This document shows positions 62,808-64,000 of a DNA stretch of 64,000 bases, in pieces. Under the pieces are notes generated by a model. That model did not search any database. It was not told the origin of the DNA and saw nothing but the letters and a program-made list of their open reading frames with translations. Origin of the DNA: Hemiscyllium ocellatum (taxonomy: Eukaryota); contig NC_083413.1 of the NCBI RefSeq assembly GCF_020745735.1, forward strand, positions 79,546,001 to 79,610,000. The letters run 5' to 3'. Position 1 is the stretch's first letter; each line of letters opens with the position of its first letter. The position numbers and the translations under genes were made by a program.

Positions 62808-62989
62808 CATACTGTCGATATAAGTTGCCTTTGAAATTTGATTTTGAGTTTTTGTGAAAGAAAAGTTACGAGGTTAAGAGATCAGGGTAATCTCAGGGTT
62901 ATTGTCTACATGGTGTTTAAGAAAAGTATGATTTATGCCAGATTAGTTTACAAGACAAACCCAGACTACAACATTCTTCCACATCAACA

Positions 62990-63411
62990 ATGGCTCAGTT
63001 GATATGACTCTCAGCTCTTAGTCACAAGTCTGAGTTAAAATCTCACTCCTGGGCTTAAGTGAACCTGTCTTGGCGGGTGATCTGCAACAGCACAGAGTAA
63101 TATACTGTCAGTGGTACCAACTTTCAGATGAGACATAAAACCGAGCCCCATTTGCCTGCTTGTGTGAATGTTAAAGAAGTCCCATGGTACTATTTTGAAG
63201 AATGGCAGGCAACTTACCCCTAATACCAGAACGAGGCCCTCAATCAACATCACAAAATCAGATCTGATTGCGACCACATAATTGTTTGTGGGATTGTGCT
63301 ATAAGTTACCTATCACATAATAACACTTCAAAAGCAAGTTCACTGACTCACAACACTTTGATTCATCTGGTGATCAAGAAAAATGCTAAACAGATTCAAG
63401 TCTTTCTTTCT
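62990..63411 (+). mobile_element. Old DeuSINE (SacSINE1/AmnSINE1-like)
   Basis: tRNA-like head tggctcagttg; Deu-domain-like ctttcagatgagacataaaaccgagcccc...gttaaagaagtcccatggtactattttgaagaa; tail caagtctttctttc. Confidence 0.7.
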
Positions 63412-63583
63412 ATAAAGGGGAATTTGATTTGCTTGATCAGGAACTGAACTCCAGACAATGGCTGAAGATCAGACTTGAGGCAGGTTACCAGTAGTATTAC
63501 CCTGGGGTCAGTGCTAACTGTATGATTATTCGCTGCAAATATTAACCAGTTATTGATGTTGAGAGAATGCTCAATAGTTTGGC

Positions 63584-63789
63584 AGATTAGATTAGATTAG
63601 ACTTACAGCGTGGAAACAGGCCCTTCGGCCCAACAAGTCCACACCGACCCGCCGAAGCGCAACCCACCCATACCCCTACATTTACCCCTTACCTAACACT
63701 ATGGGCAATTTAGCTTGGCCAATTCACCTGACCCGCACATCTTTGTGACTGTGGAAGGAAACCGGAGCACCCGGAGGAAACCCACGCAA
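63584..63789 (-). mobile_element. 5'-truncated young HE1-type SINE
   Basis: (attag)n tail and 3' half near-identical to the other young copies. Confidence 0.9.
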
Positions 63790-64000
63790 AGGGTAAAGAT
63801 ATAAGGGTAAAGACTGTAAAAGAGGGCAATTTTCTACAGAAGACATGGATCTAGTTGGAAAATGAATGAAGCAATAGCAAACAGCATTTAACCTGTTTTA
63901 AAAGTGCATATTACATATCAGAAGAACCAACACAGTGCACATCATTTACAGGGAACTGCAAGTGATTTAATTAAAAGGATTGAAGCATCATTGTACACAT

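Noticed and set aside
53279-64000. UBXN7 exon 1 or promoter
   Set aside because: No CpG island and no match to the N-terminal peptide were found; it presumably lies beyond the window end.

Overview
Vertebrate genomic DNA, almost certainly a shark: it carries HE1-type V-SINEs with (TCTAA)n tails, abundant CR1 LINEs and Penelope-type tails. A carpet or bamboo shark is my inference only. The window lies inside one host gene, UBXN7, on the minus strand. Four coding exons are present with canonical GT-AG sites and consistent phases: 53132-53276, 6164-6231, 5468-5533 and 3870-3982 (exons 2-5 by comparison with human). Exon 1 and exons 6 onward lie outside the window. The ~47 kb intron 2 and the flanking introns are dense, nested retroelement debris: many CR1 copies, one full-length TSD-flanked L1, three Gmr1-like Gypsy LTR elements (SCAN-like gag, integrase upstream of RT), solo LTRs, young SINEs, a DeuSINE and a processed RBPMS/RBPMS2 pseudogene. 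The most notable signal is a set of Penelope-like element derivatives carrying minimal hammerhead ribozyme motifs (CTGAnGA-stem-GAAA-CGTC). Several are TSD-flanked inverted-repeat insertions that would pair the ribozyme with its own antisense copy. Most ORFs in the supplied track are repeat fragments or noise. All family assignments come from pattern recognition and memory, not from database searches.
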